Shown one piece after another: positions 38,761-53,099 of a stretch of DNA of 64,000 nt. Made by a program: the position numbers and the translations under genes. Each line of letters starts with the position of its first letter. The first letter of the stretch is position 1. The notes beneath the pieces are model-generated. The model made no database searches, was not told the DNA's origin, and was given only the letters and a program-made list of their open reading frames with translations. The stretch is from Ochotona princeps (lineage: Eukaryota), in contig NC_080837.1 of NCBI RefSeq assembly GCF_030435755.1, forward strand, positions 45,139,563-45,203,562, in the 5' to 3' direction.

Positions 38761-40549
38761 GTGAGCTGGGCACCAGGCCCAGGGAACCCCAGAGGACCCT
38801 GCGGAGGGGAAATGGCTGTCACCAAGCCTGGGAAACTTGGCTGGCTGGGCCCTGAGGGGGTCGGGAGAGGGCGCAAATGCCCTGGAGACGCAGAGAGGCC
38901 CGGCATGGAACCTAGGTGTCCTGGGCGAGGCGACAGAGCAGTGAGGCAGCCCGCGCTGGCAGGGGCGCGCGCGGGAATGGAGCTAGGGTGGCGCCACCGC
39001 GGCGGGAAGGGGACAGGTTGGTGTGGTGCGGGCTACTCGTAAAAGGGACCGTTGTGTGGGAGCTCGCGTGCCTGGATTAGGGTGCGAGTGGAGACAGAGG
39101 CATAGGACCTACTTCGAAGCAGGGCAGACGGCCCTCCAGCCCATGCTAAGAACTCAAAGCCACAAGGTGTTTGTGCCTGAAGCCCCAGTTCCCCGTTTAG
39201 AGAAAAGCGTGCCCGCCCTCTCTCACAGGTTGCTTCTGGTTGGTTTCCCTCCGAATTGGAGATCAGATCAGTCAGTGGGGAATCATGGCTCCCAGGGAAG
39301 ACAGATATTATTCCTGAGCTGAGCGAGACCTTTCTCCATCCTCACCCTGTTCAGGGAAGCCACCCTCCCCATGTCTGTCCTGTGACTTCCAGTCAAACTC
39401 ACCAGCATTAGGGATCACAGAACTTTTGGCTGCCCAGGGATCAGGGAATCCCTGGGGGACTGAGGGCCAGGAAGGAAACCCCTGAGTTGGGACTATCACA
39501 CCAGGTGGCAGCTGCTCCAACATTTCCCTTTCCTTTGCACCTCTTGGAGATACCATTTGATTCATTTTTCACCAGCCTCATTGCCTCTTTTTCATTTTGT
39601 GGCACTAGCTCTCACCATCACCCCCAGCTCTCCTCTTGCCCACCACCTCGTGAACTGGGGAGTAAGTCTGGCTTCCTCTGCTCTGCTCTGCTCTCAAAGG
39701 GAAAGAATGTCTCTGTTGGCTTTGCCAGCTTTGTAGCCCTGCCAAACCTCAGTTCCACTGCAGGCAATCATTGGTGTTTCAGAGGGGAGTGAGAACTGGA
39801 CTTGGGACTGTAAGAAGCATTCTGAGTTACTCTTGCTGGCGAAGTAGAAGCAGCGGTTCTGGGTCAGTGTGCGCGGCCAGATCCTTTAAGGGCATGGAGC
39901 CTTGGTGAAGAGAAGGAAGGAGAAATTGTCAGGTGTGCAAGACAGTGTCGCAGGGGCTGGATAGCAAGTTTTAAATTCGCTTGCAAACTGAGTCTGTCCA
40001 GTAATAGAAGGGCAAATAACATGGCCTTACTTTATACCGGAGGCAGATGAAAGCACAGATTATTCACTGAAAAAGACAACCTCAGCAAGAATCTAGATTG
40101 AGTTCTGCTTCCCTCCCCTCTCCACCCAAATTCCCAAACATGACTTTGGGATCAGTTATGTGAGCCATTTTACAGAAACGGGAATTCTCTGGCCTCTCTC
40201 CAGCAGTGTTCCAGCCGCAAGGGTGGGCCTGTGTCTTTCACAAGCTTCTTCTGAGATTGCATGCTGTCAGGCTGGCTTAGCTTGTGGCGACCGCGTTGTG
40301 GCTTAGGTATACTTTTGTATGCCTTTATATGCACCCTTGCAAGTCTCATGACAGGGATGTTTGTGGGTCTGCCTATCCCAGAAAGAACCCAGGGAACCAT
40401 GAACGACACCCAGACCTTCTAAGAGGTTGCTAGTGCTTTTCTCCTCAAAACATCGATCCTTTAGTATTTGAGGAAAGAGTTGGAGAGTGAGGCAACAAGA
40501 GAAAATTGGATTTCCTCCTGCCCCCAAGGTAACTTTAATTCCATTTTAA

Positions 40550-41195
40550 ATGAGATGTAGACAGAGGCCTTCCATCTGCTGATTCACAGCTCAGATGGCT
40601 GCTGCACGTCAGGCTGGGCCAAGCCCAAAACAGTTAAGAGCTCCATGCAGGTCTTGCACCGGGTACAGGGGCCCAAGTGCGAACTGCTGTTCCAGGCATG
40701 TTAGCAGGAGACTGGATTGAAAGTGGAGCAACTGGGACTCAAACCCATACCCCCAGGTGAGATGCGGGTGTCACAGGCAACAGCTTAAACCCAGAGTCCC
40801 AGGCTGGCTCCAGGCCTGTCATTACATTTTGTATGTCCCTAGGGGATAGATAAAATCCTGAGCAAAATTGTCTTAGGTTTGTTGCTGCCCACAGTAAAGT
40901 CTTAATCCCACCTTTTAAAATGAGATGTATTGATTTGAAAGGCAGAGAGCGAAGAGAAGCTCCCATCCACTGGCCAGATCCAAGCCAGGAGTCAAGAATC
41001 CATCCTGGCCTTCTGCATAGGTGGCAGGGGCTCAAGGACCTGGGCCATCTTTTCCTCTGCTTTCCCAGACGTGTTAGCAGGAGGCTGGAGCAGAGGTGGA
41101 GCAGCCAGAACTAGACCTTGACATTTGAATGCTGGTGTCACAAGCAAGCGGTGGCTTAACAAGGGTGACAATGCTCTCCGTGGCACCAGCACCCG
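40550..41195 (-). mobile_element. Two tandem SINE-like elements in PNP intron 1 (about 40550-40820 and 40905-41195), mirrored in arm B at about 58596-59241
   Basis: The conserved core appears twice, and the six-frame ORFs are mirrored in arm B. Confidence 0.55.
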
Positions 41196-41584
41196 CCCTC
41201 TGGCTCTGCCACACTGGTCCCACTTTGAGTACTCTCCCTAAGCTTTTCAGACTCTGGTTGAACCTTTAACCTTGCTGACTGGATGAAGTCATTTCAGAAG
41301 GGAGATTAAACCTGCTATGGGTAACAGGACAGAGGCGGGGCTGTTGGTAGAGACATGGGCTTTATAAACTTAGCCTCTCCAGTGGGGGTAATTTCATGTC
41401 TGGGGTCCCCGGGCTGAATTCAGAAAGGGCTGGTGGAATGGGTGGGTGAGTATGCTGTGGCTTCTCCCTCGGAGCCAGTTTCTCTGTCCCCTGCTGTCTC
41501 GGTGTACCTGCCAGCCTGTTGGTCATTTGTTGGACACCTGTGGCTGGGAGCAGCACTCACTTTCGTTTTCTCTTCTTGTTCTAG

Positions 41585-41754
41585 ATTCACATATGAAGAT
41601 TATCAGAACACTGCAGAATGGCTGCTGTCTCACACCACGCACCGCCCTCAAGTGGCCGTGATCTGTGGTTCTGGGCTAGGAGGTTTGACTGATAAATTAA
41701 CGGAGGCCCAGGTCTTTAACTACAGTGAGATACCCAATTTTCCCCAAAGTACAG
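41585..41754 (+). CDS. PNP: PNP copy A exon 2 ([56 protein letters not shown])
   Basis: Within ORF 41433..41858, with a ttctag|A acceptor and an ACA G|GTACGA donor. Confidence 0.9.
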
Positions 41755-41864
41755 GTACGACCAGAGGAATGCTGGGGATGGCACTGAGGGAAATATGTAG
41801 ATACATATGTCTGCATGCATATATATGTATGTATGTATGTATATATAAGTATAAATGAAATTTT

Positions 41865-41995
41865 ATTTTTATGTGAAAGGCAGATACAGAGAGAGGAGAG
41901 ATCCCATCTGTTGGTTCACTCCCTAAATGCCTGGCACTCCAACCAGCACTCACAGGATGCCCTGGCACCGCCCCCTGGGGCCGGGGCGGGGGATT
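41865..41995 (-). mobile_element. SINE fragment in PNP intron 2, preceded by (TATG/TACA)n at 41817-41850; mirrored at about 57790-57975
   Basis: The fragment resembles the SINE tail. Confidence 0.5.
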
Positions 41996-43304
41996 TGTAT
42001 TGATGGCATGCTGTGGAATCCAATCAAGGAGGTCAAAGCTTATTATCCTATGACCCAGTATTTGCTCAAGATAAATGTAAGAGAAGAAAAATGTCCACTC
42101 TCAACCAGGATGACTCGGGAGTGAAGCTTTTCCGGCAGAAATGTGGTAATAGGACAAGTATTTGTTAGTGCAACTAGGGTGGCATCATTCCATCTTTCCT
42201 AAGCTTTGTTGACTCAGAGCTCCTCCAGACCCCAGGATAAGCCACTTACCTACTTCCCAGCCACATGCCTCCTCCCCTACTGTCAGCACGTTCAGACGGT
42301 ACTGTCGATAGTACTGTGAGGACAAGCAGTATTTGGACTCCGGGACAAAGTCACACCTTCCCTGGCTGGGTTAAGACACACCTTTGTGCCCAGCAGCAGA
42401 TGAGAAGGTGGCATAGGGTGCTCTGCAGGCATAGCCACAGCTCGCTGCACGGGTGGAAAGGCCTGACTAGCTGACCCGTTGGAAAGGGAAAGCGGCAGAT
42501 AGCCCCTTATCTACAGGGGAGCCCTGAGAGCTCGGGAAAGCACCCAATGGCCACACTCGGCCAGGTGAAACTGGCAAGGAAGGGCCAAGGGTACTTTATT
42601 TGGTTGACTTACTGATTTTGTCAATAACTTGCTTCCCTGGGCTTATTCACAAATGTTTAAGATTCCTATCTTCTGTCTCTGCAGAATTCATTCTTTGAAC
42701 AAAGATTGTTAAACTCTTTGGACAAGATTGGAAGACTAGAATAGAGAGATGAGAATGGGGGTTGGAGAAGGAAATATTACAGTGACAAGGAAGGCTTTTT
42801 TTGTGAATTGTTTTAAGATAGTAGTGACATTGGCTGCATCTGCCACTTCCACTCCCAGTGAGCTGGGCACTGCATTGAGTGATAAGTGGGCTCCCTTGCT
42901 GGGTTGGGGAGCTGTATAGTAGAGTGAAGGAGATAATTTTGGTATTTTTAAAGAGGTCTATCATTATCACAATCACTTTTCTCTGCTCTCTTTTTGTTTG
43001 TTTGTTTGTTTTACAATGTAGCTTTCTCACTCTTTTGCAACTTCTTTAGCAAGCCTTTCCTTTTCCTTTGTATGTTCACATGGATCAGTTTTACCTCTAA
43101 TCGCAGGTTATGTTTGCATAATTATGACTAATGCCCGTCTACCACAGCAGACAAAACTTTCTGAAAGCAGAGATAGTATCTTTTGCTGAATTATGCCCTC
43201 CTCTGTTGAGCAGCAAGTGGCCCACAGCAGGTGCTCAATGGCTGCGTGTTGTATGAAAGCCTAAGCCTAATCATTCTCCCCACTTCCCCCTTTTTGGTAT
43301 GCAG

Positions 43305-43408
43305 TGCCAGGTCATGCTGGTCAGCTGGTGTTTGGCTTCCTGAATGGCACATCGTGTGTGATGATGAAAGGCAGGTTCCATTTGTATGAAGGATACCCAC
43401 TCTGGAAG
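43305..43408 (+). CDS. PNP: PNP copy A exon 3 ([35 protein letters not shown])
   Basis: Within ORF 43304..43534, with a tatgcag|TG acceptor and an AAG|GTAAGC donor. Confidence 0.9.
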
Positions 43409-43520
43409 GTAAGCCAGGAGCGAAAAGGAAGAGAAGTGTCTGTTGAGTTATATTGTATTCCTCGCTTCTTTGGGCCCTTCTACAGAGGCAGCATGGGAGA
43501 GTTCAGAACACCTTTTCTGA

Positions 43521-44095
<575 letters not shown>

Positions 44096-44350
44096 TGACT
44101 TCAAAATTACTGCAATATGTTTATTTCTATATAAAACATGGCATCGGTACTATTTTATAAGCAATGCAGAAATAAGCCCTGTAAAGCCCCACTTATTTCA
44201 AGTCATACACACCAAATAAGACCGGTGCTAATTTAGTGTTGAGTGTCCTTTTTTGCATTTGGGGATTGAACATTTGCAGTGAAGTTACAGTGGGAGCCGA
44301 GGCTGAGGACGAGGATGCTGACGGTCACTTTCCTTTCTTGTGCCCACCAG

Positions 44351-44568
44351 GCATGAGCACCGTGCCAGAAGTGATCGTTGCCCGGCACTGCGGACTTCGA
44401 GTCTTTGGCTTCTCACTCATCACTAACAAAGTCATCTTTGATTATGAAAAGCTGGAAAAGGCCAACCACGAGGAAGTGTTGGAAGCCGGGAAACAAGCTG
44501 CCCAGAAACTGGAACAGTTTGTCTCCATTCTCGTGTCCAGCCTTCCACTCCCTGGCAATGTCAGCTGA
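44351..44568 (+). CDS. PNP: PNP copy A exon 6 ([72 protein letters not shown] stop)
   Basis: Within ORF 44236..44568, with a ccaccag|GC acceptor. The total CDS is 870 nt, giving 289 aa as in human PNP. Confidence 0.9.
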
Positions 44569-45005
44569 CCAGCCCTGGGGTGGTCAGGCCTCTCCGTGTT
44601 AGGATCCGAGTAGCTGCTGTCTACTTGGGCCCCCTAGCTGGAGTCATGTGCCTGTGTGTCCTTACTAGCAGGAAGAGGGAGATCCTCATCCTTTACCTTC
44701 TCCACTTTGTTCCACTAAACACTCCAGTGCCCGGTTCTCTTGCCCAGTGGTCTTCTCAAACAAGTTTGCTTCTAGTCCCTCGTCTACCATACGAACTGGA
44801 GCTGGTGCCCTACGACACACGCGTGCACATGCTCGGGATTTGACCTGGGCCTTCGGACTTTGCACAGTAGCTGTTGCTAGCTGTTTGAGACGATGCTTCT
44901 CACGTTCCTGGGGGTTCAGTTCTGCCCCACCTAACACTCTGGAGACCAAACAAGGACTAGACCAATACCTCATAGAAGCTTTATTTAATACTGAAATGTT
45001 TTGAC

Positions 45006-45011
45006 AATAAA
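45006..45011 (+). terminator. PNP: PNP copy A polyadenylation signal AATAAA
   Basis: gacAATAAAgaaaaaaa lies about 440 nt after the stop, about 245 nt inside the end of arm A. Confidence 0.5.
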
Positions 45012-45424
45012 GAAAAAAAGGGGGGAAATCTTGTGTGTTTTTGTTGCAATTTGGGGTGAGCCTGGGGCTCAGGCCAAGACTGTGACTCAGCTTCAGAGTC
45101 CAGGAGCTGAGAACTGAGAGCACTACCGCAAGGGAGGGAGGAGCCACGAAGGGCAGCAAGGTGGCCGGAGGTGGGGAGGAGGAGGAGGACTCCCTTGCGC
45201 TCTGTGGTGACCACTTCCTTCAGGCCAGTGCTAGGCCTTCTGGTTTCACTCCTGAATCTGTCAAGTTGAATACTGTACCCACCTGGATAGTGCATAATCG
45301 GGGAGTGGGATTGGCCTACAAGGGAAATAGTGGGCTCCTCCCTGTTGGGTTACCATTCCCACTGGAGATCAGGAAAACTAGGACAGGGGCAGGGGTGGCT
45401 ATGCAGAAAGGCACCAAACAGCAT

Positions 45425-45620
45425 TGTGTGTGCTGGGAAAGCAGTCGAGGACGGCCCAAAGCCTTGGAACCCTGCACCCAAGTGGGAGACCTGGTAGAAG
45501 CTCCTGGCTTCCGATTGGCTCAGCTCCAGCTGTTGCAGCCACTTGGTGAGTAAACCATCGGACGAAAGATCTTCCTCTCTGTATTTCTGCCTTTCCAATA
45601 AAAATAAATAAATCTTTTTT
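45425..45620 (+). mobile_element. SINE 3' portion just outside the arm A boundary
   Basis: The core and tail resemble the SINE consensus. Confidence 0.6.
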
Positions 45621-46984
45621 TCCATTTTTAAAATTTTTGACAATCTTTACATAGTTGAGTATGGCAAAAAAAATTCAAGGACTACAGGAAGGTGGGTAAG
45701 ACTATTATTTCCACATTGTTTTTCTCATGTATCTGGCATAAAGGGGGAGATAAAGGGAGAAGCCCCACCCAGTCTCCCACCCATGTCAGGTCCCTGTTGT
45801 GGAGCATGCTACGAGCGTCTTGCTCAAGAGTTTTGATAGTTCAACAGTTATGAATTGCTGCCAAACTCGCCACTACAAGCATGATGAGGTGCTGAAGAAT
45901 CCACTGATTGACATAGTCATCTTAGAGTCTCCTTTCTCTGTATATCTGACTTTCCAATAAAAAAAATAAAGCTCAAAAATAATCATTGTTCTTTAAAGAG
46001 ACCACCGTATGCTTTTTCTTATTTCCTGGTTCTGCTGCCCTAATATGGACAGCTGTCAAGTCAAGACCAAGTTCCTGACATGGACTCATTTTCTTCCCTC
46101 CAGAATCCATATCATACCAAACAGTTGTAACTACATCATAAGCAAGCCATAGTGTATGGTGCCAACAATAAGTTAAATGTTCTATAATATTATGATCTCT
46201 CTCAACTCCCCCCATATATGTACACACACACAGTTACCTAATTAGTTGTTCAAGATTTTTACTCATAGCTACCTCCCCAATATAGGCCATAGAGACCTAA
46301 AGACCCTCCCTCATTCCAAAAGGGTCCTGCTCCATTTCCAAGAGAAAGAAATGCTGAAGAATCTGTACAGACGGGTCTTGCTGCATTTCCCCACACAGTC
46401 TGTTATTAGCAATCCTGCCTATGCAGTAACATCTCCAGTAGACTCCAGAACAGTAATCAGACACAGCTGAATGCTGAAATTCCGGAAGGGTGTTGCACCA
46501 GGAGAGTGTGGAAGCTCTGCATCTCTTCTCCCAGGCCTCATCCTGGGCGTCTACATTATCCTTTTCAACATCCTTGGTAATAAACCAGTAAATGTTAGTG
46601 TTCCCTTGAATTCTCCCAGCTACTCAAAAAAAAAAAAAAAAAAAAATTCATGGCTACAGGTTTGCACCTGGCTGGTCAGAAACACAGATAAAATAACCTG
46701 GACCTTGCAACTGCCAGTTAAATAGGGAGAGGGGAGCAGTCTTGGAGACTAACCCCCTCAACCTGTGGGATCTGATGCTATCTCCGGGTAGGTAGTGTCA
46801 GAACTGAATTTGAGAACATCCAGCTTGTGTCAGTTGCAGAACTGATTGCTTGCTTGGTTTGTAGAGAAAACCTCACACATATCTGGTATCACAGTGATCT
46901 GTATTGTGAGAGTAAAGAAGAGAAGCTGAGTCGGGGTTGGTTTTCCCTTGCGTGTCCAAAAGTCCCATTTAATTTCCTCACAAC

Positions 46985-47320
46985 AAGGGCCAGGCGGCGT
47001 GGCCTAGCGGCTAAAGTCCTCGCCTTGAACGCGCCAGGATCCCATATGGGCACCGGTTCTAATCCCAGCAGCTCCACTTCCCATCCAGCTCCCTGCCTGT
47101 GGCCTGGGAAAGCAGTTGAGGACGGCCCAAAGCTTTGGGACCCTGCACCCACGTGGGAGACCTGGAAGAGGTTCCAGGTTCCCGGCATCGGACCGGCCCG
47201 TTGCGGCTCACTTGGGGAGTGAAACATCGGATGGAAGATCTTCCTCTCTGTCTCTCTCCTCCTCTCTGTATATCCGGCTTTCTAATAATAATAAAATCTT
47301 AAAAAAAAAATTTTTAATTT
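46985..47320 (+). mobile_element. SINE (near-consensus) with TSD (ttaatttcctcacaaca), in the spacer
   Basis: The TSD is seen at both flanks. Confidence 0.85.
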
Positions 47321-47609
47321 CCTCACAACAGCACAGGCCGCCTTGTCTTCTTTGCATCATAACCCAAGTCCCACTCAGTTTCTTTCTATTTCAAGATGTC
47401 TCCAATCATTCAAAAAAAGAATTATTTCCCCGAACTCACATCTATCCTCCAGCTATGACTCTCCTATGTTGAGAGTTGCTCATTGCATGTACTTGTCATC
47501 TCTCTTTCCCCATCTCATTCATTGTGGTTTCTATTCCACTCAAGAGATGACTCACGCCACTGAGACCACTTGTCAAGGGGACCTTGACAACTCTCTGGTT
47601 GAAGCAGTT

Positions 47610-47927
47610 TTTTTTTTTTTTTTTAGATTTATTATTATTTGAAAGGTAGATTTAGAGTGAGACACAGAGAGAGATCTTCCATCCACTGATTCACTTCCCA
47701 AATGACCACAGTGGCCAGAGCTGAGCCCATCCAAAGTTGAGAGCCAGGAGTTCCCTCCAGGTCTCCCACATAGGTAGAGAAGTAAAAGGACCTGAGTCAT
47801 CCTCCACCACTTTTTCAAGCCATTAGCAGGGAGCTGGATTGGAAGTGGAGCAGCTAGAACTATAATCATATGGGATGCCAATGCTGTAAGACAGAGGATT
47901 AGCCAATTGAACCACTGTGCCAGCCCC
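47610..47927 (-). mobile_element. SINE in reverse orientation
   Basis: The copy resembles the SINE consensus. Confidence 0.7.
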
Positions 47928-48704
47928 GAAAGCTTTGTACTCACCTCCCAAGACAGTCTGTTTTTCTGGTTTTCTCATACCTCCCTGACGGCTCTTTTTC
48001 ACATTTCCTTTTTGCATCCTTTTTCTCATGATGAGGATGGAATGGTGTCCAGACCACATGTGCTAAATGCCATTTATGTGTTAATAACTTCCAAATTAAT
48101 GAATGTAGCTTAAGCCCTGTCCCTTGATGTCCAAACACATTTACCCAAGTAGAAACTCTATGTGTCCATCTGAAAGAAAAGATTTTTCCGCACTTTACAG
48201 CTGTGAGCCAAATTTGGTTATCCTTCCAAAATCACTTTTTCCTTCAAGGCTTCGTCTGAGTAAATGGAACTTTCATTTACCTATTAGGTCACATTAAAAG
48301 CTTGGGAGCCAATCTAGACTTTTTTCTTTCTTCCTCAGATCTTATTTGACTGCATCCTTTCTACCTTCAGAATATCTCCAGTCTGAACTTTTCTTTCCTA
48401 CTAAACATTACCACCAATGGTGCAAGCCAGAACCAACTGGTAGCTTGGTTTGTCTACCACAGGGCTCTCCTAATCAATCTCTCTACTTCCATCTTTACTT
48501 CATATCATTGGTTTTCTATGAGGCAATCAGTGAAATTCTGTAAAGGTGAGTCAGTTAAAAATCATTTAAATGATAATTTTTCATGCTCAAAACTCAGACT
48601 TTGTACCATGACCTACAACATTTACCCATGTCTCCATCCTCTTATCAACCACCATTATCTCCTTTCTTCACTGAACTCTAGTGAAATGTGTAGTAAGACT
48701 CTTT

Positions 48705-48820
48705 CTGGGGGCTGGTGTTATGGCATACAGGCAAAGCCTCTGCCTTCAACACCAGCATCCCATATGGGTACTGGTTCATGTCTTGGCTGTGTCACTTGCT
48801 CCCTGCTAATGCATCGATGG
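48705..48820 (+). mobile_element. SINE 5' fragment
   Basis: The head sequence resembles the SINE consensus. Confidence 0.5.
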
Positions 48821-49680
48821 TCCAGGTACTTTGTAAGACTGTTTTTTAGTAAATGAAAGTCTTTAGGTTTTCTTATATGCTTACTCTGCCAATTTCTCAT
48901 TCAACGTTATAAATGGACACAAACCACTCATTATTTAAAAACAAACATGGAGGTATAGTAAGAGTAGCTGGATGTTTTCTGCCAATCCATGATTCTTCAT
49001 AGTTGTTCAGCTTCTAAACTGTTTTCTACTTGTTAACCCTTCACTTCAGGATAAGCCCTATGTCAGGTCTCCCAAAGTTGTGAGGAACTGATGTGGTTTT
49101 ACTGGGTTCAGGAATTTTCTCAGATCAAGTTATCTTTGCCTGGAAAGTCTGAGAGATGCCTTGGAGAACCGAACTGCACCTTGAAGCAACGATGATGAGC
49201 ATTGCATATAATCTTCAGACTTATGAGGTACCCTTGCCCGTGAAGGGGCTTTGGGCAGATTCACAGGTGCTTGTGAGCTCAGCTAGACTGGACAAAGATG
49301 AGCGTGTACGCATAGTCTCTCCACTTCCAGTACAGGAGCTTTCCATCCTGATGCAGCCAGCCCTCTATGAGGATTCTAGAGTCAAAAGTTTGTGCTTCTA
49401 TCTGTACTGGAAAGTTTGGTTTGTCTCAGTGAACTATTATGAGTCCTTGGGCTAAACAAACCTCTTTGGCTTATGTAAATGATATTATGTTGACTCTGTC
49501 ATCAGTCTGCACCTGAGTTTTCCGTTTGTCAACATGGATTGGACACCCAGTTTCTAAATAACTGTAACATTTACTTAACAACCCTGCACAACATTTTTGT
49601 CTTTTTGTTTTCGCCTCATCTTATTTGAAATTTGTTCTTCTGAAATTTAAATGTATTAAGTTTCATGAAAAAGTGCTGGG

Positions 49681-49698
49681 GTGTGTGTGTGTGTGCTT
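49681..49698. repeat. (GT)n microsatellite near the symmetry centre of the inverted duplication
   Basis: The stretch reads gtgtgtgtgtgtgtgtg. Confidence 0.9.
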
Positions 49699-49974
49699 TG
49701 TATGTGGATCATCATCTTCCCATGAAATCATGAGGAAGCTTAAAATCGTTCACAGTCCCAAGACAGGATACCAGCCAACAGTGGCTCCCTAGGCTGCTGA
49801 GCAGCGGCGGAGGCATGAGGTGGTATATTTACTCACTTATTAAACAAATGGTTTAGGGTTAGGGATAGAGAAAAGAACAAGAAAGCATTCTTACTTTTGT
49901 AAAGAAAACATTCTTACTTTTTGTAGTCTGGAGCTAGACGACAAATAAATATGCATGTCAAAATAGAAGATACA

Positions 49975-50275
49975 GCTGGTGCTATCACACAGCAGGTTGC
50001 TGTCACTTGTGATACTACCAACTCATTCATGTCTGCTTGCCTGTTCAATACCTGGCTGTTCCACTTCTGATCCATCTCCCTACTAGAGTGCCTGGGAAGT
50101 CAGTGGAAGACGGCCCAAATGCTTGCACCCATGCTACCCAGGTTGGAGATCTTCCAGATTCTTATGATAAGATTGACGAAGCCTTGGCCATTGCTGACAT
50201 TTGGGAAATGAATTAGTGGATTGAATACTCTCTGTAACTTTGCTTTTAAGTAGGTAAATAAATCTTTTAAAAACC
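49975..50275 (+). mobile_element. SINE (divergent)
   Basis: The copy resembles the SINE consensus. Confidence 0.6.
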
Positions 50276-50339
50276 ATGAAAATTGTCAAAGTCAAACAGC
50301 CAACAAGCAAAATGGAAATGAAAATACAAATATGAGGAC

Positions 50340-50652
50340 TGGCACACTGGATTAACTGACTAATCCTCCAGCTCCAAGCACAGGCACTCCTTATGGGCAC
50401 TGGTTCATGTCCCATCTGCTCTGCTTCCCATCCAACTCCCTGCTTATGGCCTGATGAAACAGTAGAGGAAGGCCCAAAGCCTTGGGCCCTGTACCCACAT
50501 GGGGACCCAGAGGCAGCTCTTGGCTCCTGGCTTCAGATTGGCTCAACTCTGGGTGTTATGGCCATTTGGGGGTGTGAACCAGTGGATGGAAGATCTTTCT
50601 GTGTCTCCTCTCTGTAAATCCATTTTTCCAATAAAAATAAATCTTTAAAAAA
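50340..50652 (+). mobile_element. SINE
   Basis: The copy resembles the SINE consensus. Confidence 0.7.
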
Positions 50653-50687
50653 GTGCAAATAACAGAAGATAACAAGAACATGAAATG

Positions 50688-51018
50688 ACCCAGCACGGTA
50701 GCCTAGTGGCTAAGGTCCGCACCTTGTACATGCCTGCATCCCATAATGGTGCCAGTTCTAATCCCAGCAGCCCCACTTCCCATTCAGCTCCCTGCTTGTG
50801 GCCTGGAAAAGCAGTCAAGGCTGCCCCAAAGCCTTAGGACCCTGCGCCCACATGGGAGACCTGGAGGAAGCTCTTGGCTCTGGCTTTGGATCAGCTCAGC
50901 TCTGGCTATTGCTGCCACTTAGGGAGTGAATCAGCGCACAAAAAATCTTTCTCTTTGTCTCTCCTCCTCTCTGTATATCTTACTGTCCAATAAAAATAAA
51001 TAAAGTAAATCTTAAAAC
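50688..51018 (+). mobile_element. SINE
   Basis: The copy resembles the SINE consensus. Confidence 0.75.
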
Positions 51019-52104
51019 AATATAAAATGAACATGGAAAATAAGAAAACAGCAAGTGAGATAGTCAACTTAATAAAATGAACATAGAAAGTCAGAATGGA
51101 AATGAAAGTGAAAGCCAAATGGAGGAGTAGGATTTTCCAACCCAGAAAAAACACAAGGGTAGATTCATCCAGAAGGACATCAAATTTAATTTAGACCAAA
51201 GCTAAAAACCAGGCAAGATTAAAGATAGGAAATTTTTCCTTTTTATTGAGTTCCAAAGTCATTGTAACAGAAAAATCAGGCGCATGACCAGTATTTGTTC
51301 AAAAGATGTCCCATAGAAACAAAACATAATTAATGAAAAACAGAGGCCTATTTACAAGAGAGAAAGGCAACAGAAATCTAAGCCAAATCAAATTTCGGCC
51401 CAGAACAGAAAGAGCAGCTCTCCTCCTCACTCTTTCAAGAGCTGATTACATTACGTCTTTGTCTCCATTACCATGAATAAGCCATAAAGGTTTTGTAGTG
51501 GCTTAAAAAAAATCAGGCTATATTCTTCTTTTGCTTCCAAAACCTTTGAGAAGACAAGCATGTAAACTTGGCAGCACTGACTTAATTAAGAAAACACTAA
51601 TTTATTGATGTGAAATGAGCTCTAGGATAGATTAAAACAGAGCAGCAAGAAGCACAACAGTACACAGAGCACTGTTTTCAATGTGGGAGAGAAGTAAAAA
51701 ATAAGAATTTGGCACCAAAAGACTGTACGCTCTCTCTTGTATGTTGAAGCCAAAATGTTGATCTTGGAGAAGTAGAGAATGCTGAGTGGTCATTAGAGCC
51801 CAGGAAGGGTGCTGCGGGGGGAGGATGGAAGGAGGACGGTTACCAGGTACCGGGGTGTGGAAGGAAAGGAGGAGGAGCTTCTCATGCTCTCCAGCATTGC
51901 GGGATCACAGTGGTAGGCAATAGTTACGTGGACAGTTCAAAATCATTGGCAGAGAGGATTTTGAACATTCCCAACACAAAGAAATGATGAATGGTATGGG
52001 TGAGGGATATGCCATTTATCCTCACCTAATCATTACACATTGTATATATTAATGGAAATGCTTAATCACACCCTGTAAACCAAATTATGATGTATTCATT
52101 AAAA

Positions 52105-52392
52105 AATAAAAACAGAGCAGCTAGCATGGTGGCACAACAGGTTGGGCTACCTGCTGTTTGTGAAGCTGACAACACACCAGCACTTGGTTGTTCCACTTCT
52201 GATCCAGGTCCCTGTTCTTGGAATTGGAAAAGTAGTATAGGATGGCCCAGGTGCTGGTGTCCCTGCACCCATGTGGGAGACCTGGAGGAAACTCCTGACT
52301 CTTGGCTAGAGTCTAGCCCCTGTAGTTACAGTTATTTGGAAATTAAGCCAGCAGATGGAAGATCTCTGTGTCACTCCATCTCTCTCTTTTTT
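52105..52392 (+). mobile_element. SINE (divergent)
   Basis: The copy resembles the SINE consensus. Confidence 0.6.
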
Positions 52393-53055
52393 AAATTGGA
52401 AAATCAGATATACAGAGAGGAGGAGAGACAGAGAAAGATTTTTCTGCCTGTTGATCCACTCCCTAAGTGGCCGCAACAGCCAGAGCTGAGCTGATCCAAA
52501 CCCAGGATTCCAGAACCTCCTCCAGGTCTCCAACATGTGGGTGCAGGGTCCCAAGGCTTTGGGCCATCTTCTACTGCTTTCACAGGCCACAAGCAGGGAG
52601 TTGGATGGAAAGTGAGGCTAGGCCTAGCGCAATAGCGTAGTGGTTAAAGTCCTTGCCTTGCATGGGCCCAAGATCCAATGTGGGCACCGGCTCTAAAACC
52701 AGCGGCTCTACTTCCCATCCAGCTCCCTGCTTGTGGCCTGGGAAAGCAGTCGAGGATGGCCCAAAGCTTTGGGATCCTGCACCCACGTGGGGAGACCTGG
52801 ACACTCTTGGCTTCAGATTGGCTCAGCTCCAGCCGTTGCGGCCGCTTAGGGAGTGAATCATCGGACAGAAGATCTTCCTCTCTGTCTCTTCTCCTCTCTG
52901 TGTATCAGACTTTCCAATAAAAATAAATACATTATAAAAAAAAAAAGAAAAAAAGAGAATGAGGCTGCCAGGACACAACTGGAGCCCATAAGGGATCCTG
53001 GTGCTTACTAGGCAAAGACTTTAGCCACTAGGCTACTGCACTGGGCCCCTTCATC
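52392..53055 (-). mobile_element. Reverse-orientation SINE interrupted by a nested forward SINE (52622-52960)
   Basis: The outer element's tail half lies at 52392-52622 and its head half at 52965-53055. The inner SINE is complete with an A tail. Confidence 0.7.
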
Positions 53056-53099
53056 TGTTTCTGACTCTGCATGTCAAATAAATCAATCATTCATAAACA

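Noticed and set aside
38527-39042. 171-aa ORF spanning PNP exon 1 and the start of intron 1, mirrored at 60743-61057
   Set aside because: It is a GC-rich CpG-island read-through and is out of frame with the PNP ATG. The PNP reading frame continues correctly only by splicing to 41585.
49156-49455. 99-aa ORF in the spacer as a possible small secreted or RNase A-family gene (RNASE10 lies near PNP in human)
   Set aside because: There is no signal-peptide-like start, no Cys-rich RNase signature (CKxxNTF), and no splice or polyA context. It is probably random.
49853-49866. Telomere-like TTAGGGTTAGGG about 30 bp from the symmetry axis of the inverted duplication
   Set aside because: There are only two hexamer units. 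That is too short to indicate an interstitial telomere or a fusion point, and it is likely coincidental.
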